DNA from: the human T2T-CHM13v2.0 reference genome, Homo sapiens
Assembly: GCF_009914755.1 (NCBI RefSeq)
Contig: NC_060927.1
Length of the DNA stretch: 64,000 bases
Direction: 5' to 3' (one strand)
Part shown: piece by piece, positions 54,973 through 64,000 of the stretch
How positions within the stretch are numbered: position 1 is the first letter of the stretch
Layout of the letters: each line of letters opens with the position of its first letter
Notes under the pieces: generated by a model
What the model was told of the DNA's origin: nothing
The model's database searches: none
The model's input: the letters and a program-made list of their open reading frames with translations, nothing else
Program-made: the position numbers and the translations under genes

Positions 54973-55282
54973 TTTTTATTTTTTTATTTTTTGAGACAGA
55001 GTTTTGCTCTTGTCACACAGGCTAGAGTGCAACGGCACAATCTTGGCTCACTGCAACTCTGCCTCCCAGGTTCAAGCGATTCTCCCGCCTGAGCCTCCCG
55101 AGTAGCTGGGATTACAGGTGCCCCCCACTACACAGGGTTACTTTTTGTATTTTTGGTAGAGATGTGGTTTCACCATGTTGGCCAGACTGGCCTCGAAGTC
55201 CTGACCTTAAGACCTCAAGTGAGCTACTCGCCTTGGTCTCCCAAAGTTCTGGGATTACGGGCGTGAGCCACCGCGACCAGCC
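54973..55282 (-). mobile_element. AluS (Sq/Sp-like), full length
   Basis: gagttttgctcttgt diagnostic. 11-bp TSD tctttttgcac at 54962-54972 and 55284-55294. Small internal duplication gaccttaa-gacctcaa. Confidence 0.95.
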
Positions 55283-58200
55283 GTCTTTTTGCACCTTGTT
55301 CTTGATCAACACTTCTCCTGATTTCTAAGTAGGCAAGCTTTTTTATTGTTTATTGTTTTGTTTTCTTTTATATTATTCCTTCACCCTAGAGTTACTTTGA
55401 GTTTCATTTTAAGTATGATTTTTAAAAAGCCATGGGGAAAATTGTCACTTGCTGATGGGTTTTTCTGTAGTGGCCACAGTATCAGGGAGTGAGTCCACTT
55501 CTCAATACAAGGGTGCTGCAAAAACATTATTTGGGTATGCAGAATTGTGTGTGAGATTTAGGCATCAGGAAGTAATTCTGTTATAATAAATAGGTGGATA
55601 AATAAGAGGATGAGGAGGGTACTAGATACAAACATAAGCCTAAGTTGGGGGCTAAGATAGTGCCCAGCAGAAAACTATCAGGAATACTACATCAGAACCA
55701 TGCTTCAAGACAGGGGGTTTAGGTCACAGAGAAGATGTAGTTTGGCCTGTTGTTTGTTTACCTTGAAGCTAAAACTGCCTGAAAAATTAAGGAAGATAAA
55801 TTGAGACTAGTTCAAAAATCAAGACAATTATCTCATATAAATTTCTTAAAAGCCCCTTTGTAAACAATTTCATTTCACAAATCAGGAAACAGGCCTAGAG
55901 TGTTCCAAGGTGACACTGTTCTGCTAGGCTTGAACCTAGGTCTATGTGACACAAATGGCCATACTCTTGACCGGCATGCTTCATCAGCCTGTCACATGAA
56001 CCCCCTCGATGCTAAAGGTGGGAAGAGGCTACTGATAAAGCAAGCCACAGGTAGCATGCACCAGATTAATGAGATGTTCCTGATTCACCTAATCACATCA
56101 ACTAATCTTCCAGCACTAAAACCAACCACTAACTTACCATAATAATTTTCACATGGTTTGATTCATGAGAACTTGAGAGGGGCCTAGGATTTATAATAAG
56201 CCCTGGCAGGAGATTCTAAACCATATGTGGAGAAATGGCGTGTTAGTCTATGTTACTTTTTTATTTGGTATAAATATAAATTCAAATGTTTTCAGAAAAC
56301 ATAAACTAAAAATTCTTTATTGGAAGAATCAGTTAGACTTTGTAAAACATGCATGCAAATTGGCAACTATAGATCCTCAATTATTTTAGATTACATGTAA
56401 ACCTTAAATTATTTTACTCCCACAACCCAATAACTGAGGTTAGATGTAGTTAAAAATGATTGTTGCCCCCATCATCATAACAGCATGCATTGTTAAAAAG
56501 TATATTTTAAAGAGCACAGAAAGTAACTACTGACAATTTCTCATGGAAATTACTTTTTTTTGTCCCTAGACAAAGAGTTCAGGGCTAATCAAAAACCAAT
56601 CAATATAAACTCTAATGTAAACCATAATTAAGGATGACAAATAGGTTCTTGTATGATGTTAAACAATGCATTTATAAAGATAACAATCCAAAGTAAAAAT
56701 TTAAAAACCAAACCACCAAAGTATAGAGGATGCATGCTGGTGACTTTTTCTTTGTCACTCACTCCAAATCTTCATGTAACCATAAAGTTACCTGCAACTG
56801 AGTATAAAAGCCTTAAGAGGTGCCAATACTTAGAGTGTGAGTCCTGTGATATTTTAAAAGGTATTTTAGGTTTTCATGTACCGATGATTCATTTTAGCCA
56901 ACTCTTGATACTCAGTTGCTGTGTTTGATAAGGTCATTTGGTTCTGAGATTCTCCTATGGGATGGGCAGGGAGACCCCTGATGTGCATGGTTCTTAGAAC
57001 TTGGAAGACTGGTAGATGTCTCTAATGCATTATCAAAAGGGCTGAAGTCAGTACCTGTAAGAATTCAAGCACAGCAAGAATGCAGATGCTGTCCATTTCA
57101 AAGCAAGCATTTATAGGAAAAAACCCAGGCAATAGAGTCTTGGAATAATTTTGGTAAACACATTTAACAGGAAGGCCTCATCTGAGAAGCAAACAGGACT
57201 GTCATGCTGTACACCTTTAGGGGGCACCAATTCCATTGTGCACCAACAAACATCGCACTGGAAAGTAATTATTCTCATAGTATACTATATGGAAAATGAA
57301 TGTAAATTGCCAGTCTATTCCCATTTTATAGAGCTGTCATGAAGGTCAATTTGTTTGCAAAGAGGCTGAGCATTTGGGAGAAATGCATACATTTATTACA
57401 CATTTGTATTAGGTAGTTTATATTTAAATAGGAACCATGTACTAGAAGTAAAACAACCCCTCTAAACTTTCGGTATTTCTGATGATTATTTAATATTTTA
57501 TACTTTTAATGTGCTGTCAGATTAATAAAGTATGGATAAAAGGCACTGTACAAAGTTATAGGTGATATTATTAAATAACACTAATTTAAGCTGATGACTA
57601 GAGATTGCACTACTTAAATTTCTATTTCGAGTCACCAGCTGTTTATTTTGTATTTTCCTGTTTGAAGGTGATTTTCAAAGGGATCTTCATGCTGAATGGA
57701 GGCACACACACAGAAACAATTGTCTTTAAAATGCAGTCCATATCATATCTGCATGTCTGACTTGGACTTTGTCCATATAAATGGCTTTTGGGCTATGGGC
57801 TCTTTGTTTTCAGTAGATGTATAGGGAGACTGAAGACATTTGTGAGTCAGGCATCCTAAACACAAGGCATGACTGTGCCAAAATGATAACCACCTGGCAA
57901 AATTCACGTTGTTGGGAATGAGGCTAAAAGTACCTGTTTCTCTCCACTGCCTAGAGAGTTAAGTTGGAGGATCATTTGATGTGTCTAGTTCTTTGCAGTC
58001 TATCCTAAGGTTAAGATTACCTTGTTCTTTGCATCACTTAGATTGGCAAAAAGTTCTGGTTAAAACTTGTGATTTAAATTGTGGACTGCCTTGGGTATAC
58101 TAGTATGCTTTTCATGGACTTAGTAGGTAGGTCTGGAAAAACTTGACAAAATGTATCACCATCTAGGATTCTTTGGTTTTCGTTTTCTCTTTTACTGTAT

Positions 58201-58473
58201 ATGCAGAAATAATTTGATGTAGTGAACTTGCTAACTAAATTCTATTTTTTCCAGCTATAATCAAGCAGATACTAAGAACCATTTACTAAGGATCTCTGAT
58301 GAGCAGAGTGTTCTGCCCTAGCAGTTTAAACATATTTTCTTATTTATATTATGCAAGAACTTTATAAGACTAATGTTTTTCCCCTTTTAGAGATAAATAA
58401 ACTGAGGCTCAGAATGATTAATTTATTCAAGGCCAAAAATCTAATATTTAATCCAGGTATGTTGGGCCTTTTT

Positions 58474-61179
<2,706 letters not shown>

Positions 61180-61774
61180 TTACCATCTGTGTAATAAGAG
61201 AGTAACAGTAAATTACTTCCAATGCTTCTTGCAACATTTTATTAATACTATCTTGATTCCATTAATTCAATATTTTGTATAGAACATAATTCAGTGTAAT
61301 GAGCATCTTTTTTATCTTTATCCAAGATATGCATTAATAAATTACTAAGCCCGTATTGGAATCTATTATGGAAGAATTTTGCCTATCGGTTAAGCTTTCT
61401 CATGGTAAAAACCTGAAAACCAGCATTATCGAATGTTTTTGTATATGACCTTCCTTCCAGATGTCAAACAAAACAGTCCTTTCAAATATGCAAACAGTAT
61501 AAGCAGATGCATTGATTATAAGGCTTTGAGTGCTTATATTTTTTTCTAGGAATTATCAGGACAGGATTTTATTTTAAAGGTGGTGACAGCGTGTGGTTTG
61601 TGGTGAACTTTCAGCATCCGCTACAAATTTATTTTTAAATCACAACTGTTGCATCTCTAGAGCCTACCCTGGGAACATAAAAAGGAAAAAAAAAAAAGCC
61701 TAGAGCCCTTTCTTAACTCAATTAAGAACACCACAAGTGATAACTGCATTTTCCTATGTTTTCTCCCAGCATGA

Positions 61775-61785
61775 GCTGACTCAGC
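61775..61785. promoter_or_regulatory. MARE/ARE/AP-1 pseudo-palindrome
   Basis: GCTGACTCAGC satisfies TGASnnnGC on both strands. Motif only. Confidence 0.3.
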
Positions 61786-63394
61786 CAGAAATAGCACGAT
61801 AGTATCGCAGATGTTCCTTTGCTCGGATTGCTGGTTATTGCTTATCTCAATGATATTTTAATACAAACACACAACTGTTCACCCTGTTTTATGGCTGTCA
61901 GAATTTTGCTTCATATTTAACAAATGGAAGTTTATGAGCAGATGTATCATTGACTCAGATTTACTTTTCCCCTCATTAAGTTGCATGGAAAAGCTAAATG
62001 CTGAATTGAAGAGGGCATCAGACACATCTGCAGTAGTAGACTATTGGAGTCAGATCGTTCATCTGGACTGTCATTGCCCACCAGCTCAATAGACCTGTGA
62101 GCTTCATCCTCTATTGTTAAGACCAAAAGATCAACATTTCATTCTAGGATCCCAGGCAAATATTTCCTCTATTTTTGCCAGTGACATATGTTTAATATCA
62201 CTACTTTCTCCTGGAAATAATAAAACAGTTTCCTGAACCATCATCATCTTCAAATGATTTTTTTTTCTGACCTAGCTCAGTGTACTGAGCAAGGCTGAAG
62301 AACCAGGTGCACATGGCATTGAGTTTTGACTCTCTGTGGATTTAGCTATACAACCTTGGTGGATTCATGTATATTTTGATCTGGTCCCTTTCTGCTCTCC
62401 AGCCTCCTCTTGAGCTACCATTTAACCTCATCTCAGTAACACTGACTTTTCAGTTTCTTTCTTGAAACAAGTTGCAGGATTTGCCTTTGAGTGGGCGAAG
62501 CCTCAGAACACTAGGTGGTTGATACACCTGGGGCATTCACCTTGAGTGGCACTCAGCAAGGTGCCGGGATTGCCTTCCACCTGGTAGAAAGTCAGACTCC
62601 AAAACCTTTGAGATGAGGCAGAAGGTTATTTAAAAATAACTGAGACTGGCAAAGTCTCTTTCCGATGACCTGCTGCAATTCTTACTCCAATAACAGTATG
62701 ATCAGCAGCTAGGAAACTTCGTGGGAGTAGTTTAGCCCCCTGAAATTTATAGCTCTGATTGAATGTTCAGGAGTCCGTTTCCAAGCCCAAAATCCAATGT
62801 GCAGTCTTTCACATCCAACCATAGGCAATCACATACAAGGCTTTGCCTGGAAGTCTTCATGGGGAAGCTGCTCAACCTACACCATACTTGGTGCACAGGC
62901 AGTGCATTGAAGTTTTCAGGAGGGAACTGCAGTCAAGGACTCAAGCTCACTGGGCCAGCCATGCTCTTTGGCACAGCTGCTTTCCTTGCCCAGGCAACCT
63001 GGCTGGTACCTCCTTATCAGGGGCTATGGCTGAGGCATTTTTCTCCACTTTGATTTTGTACCTTTTCTCCTCTTTTAGACCTTTTTCCTTCTCTTGTCCC
63101 CCTACTCTGCCCCCAACATGAGCTCATAAAGAGGCAGGTGCTCCTTGGCAATGTGATGATTCCCCCATCTGCAGTGCATCCACTTGACCCTCGCCCAGCA
63201 CTTTTCTGTGGGGAAAAGTGACACACTGTGGGGCTGGCACCTCTCATGAACTGCTTACTTGCACTGTCAGGGTGAGTGAATAATGGCATGATTGTTCCTG
63301 TCACTTTGGCTTATTGTTCTAATTGACTACTTTGACAACTGATTGCTCCAAAGCTATTCCACTGTGTTTCCTTTTTGGTGTGCTTTCATAATAA

Positions 63395-63620
63395 TAGTAA
63401 GGAAAGCAAAAACTTACTGATCACTGTGTACTAGGCACTGTTTTAAATATTTTGTAAAAATTAACTCAAAAAATTCTAAGGTAAGTACTCCATTCTATTC
63501 CCATTTTGTAACTGAGATAACTGAGGCAGTGAGAGGCTTTTTAACTTGCTTGATATTGTACAGATATGTGGGAAAATGAGGATTTGAAACTGTGCCCGCT
63601 AGGATATAGGACTTCTCTTT
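63395..63620 (-). mobile_element. MIR SINE
   Basis: gtactaggcactgttttaa...cccattttgtaactgagataactgaggcagtgagagg. Confidence 0.75.
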
Positions 63621-63639
63621 TACTTCCCTTAAAAAACCT

Positions 63640-64000
63640 TGTTTCCTTTGCTGTGACTTCTGACATATTCTCATCAGCCATTTGACTGTGTCGATATAAA
63701 ATCAGCATGGTATCATTTTTCTTCTCAGGTCTTTTGCACATAAAATTCACTCATGCATTTATTTGTCCTGCTACCTTCTATTCATCAGTAAGATTTCAGG
63801 TGAAAGATCATTTTCTCAGAGAAACTTTCCTTGAACTCTCTCTGCATTTATTCTTATGACATCCTATACCTCTTCTTTGAGCACTTAACCCTGATTGTGA
63901 TCAAATAATTATTTGTTAAATAGTCTCTCCTACTAATATTCCGTGCGGGTAAAGATTCTAGTTATGTGTCTCCAGTGAAGTGAAATACTCATCACTGAGC
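63640..64000 (+). mobile_element. L2 fragment (runs off the window)
   Basis: catgcatttatttgtcctgc...atcattttctcagagaaactttccttg...gcacttaacc...tctctcctacta. Confidence 0.45.

Overview
AT-rich primate genomic DNA. It is almost certainly human, because it carries an intact AluYa5 with a 37-nt pure A tail. The window is intronic or intergenic. I found no recognisable host protein-coding exon, tRNA/rRNA/snRNA gene or CRISPR-like array. The only real protein homology is broken LINE-1 ORF2 (58.7-61.1 kb); the other listed ORFs are Alu/LTR/L2 read-through or chance ORFs. The window is a mosaic of Alu, L1, L2, MIR, L3, MaLR (THE1B, MST, MLT1), ERV LTRs (MER4A, LTR12, LTR33) and hAT DNA-transposon remnants (MER5A, MER53, MER63, MER91A), many with readable target-site duplications (TSDs) and nested insertions. 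Family names come from recalled consensus sequences, not a RepeatMasker run, and boundaries of old repeats are approximate. Best leads: (1) a possible TE-built + strand transcript, in which an NF-Y-rich LTR12 promoter is followed by a sense Alu with two mutation-created splice donors, a clean 79-nt candidate exon at 53400-53478 and a candidate last exon at 61770; (2) a young, possibly polymorphic AluYa5; (3) a strong CTCF motif at 19.39 kb; (4) motif-dense repeat-free islands at about 24.9, 53.4 and 61.8 kb; (5) several template-switch scars; (6) a G4-capable (GGGAT)13 repeat. Sequence alone does not establish a novel biological system here.
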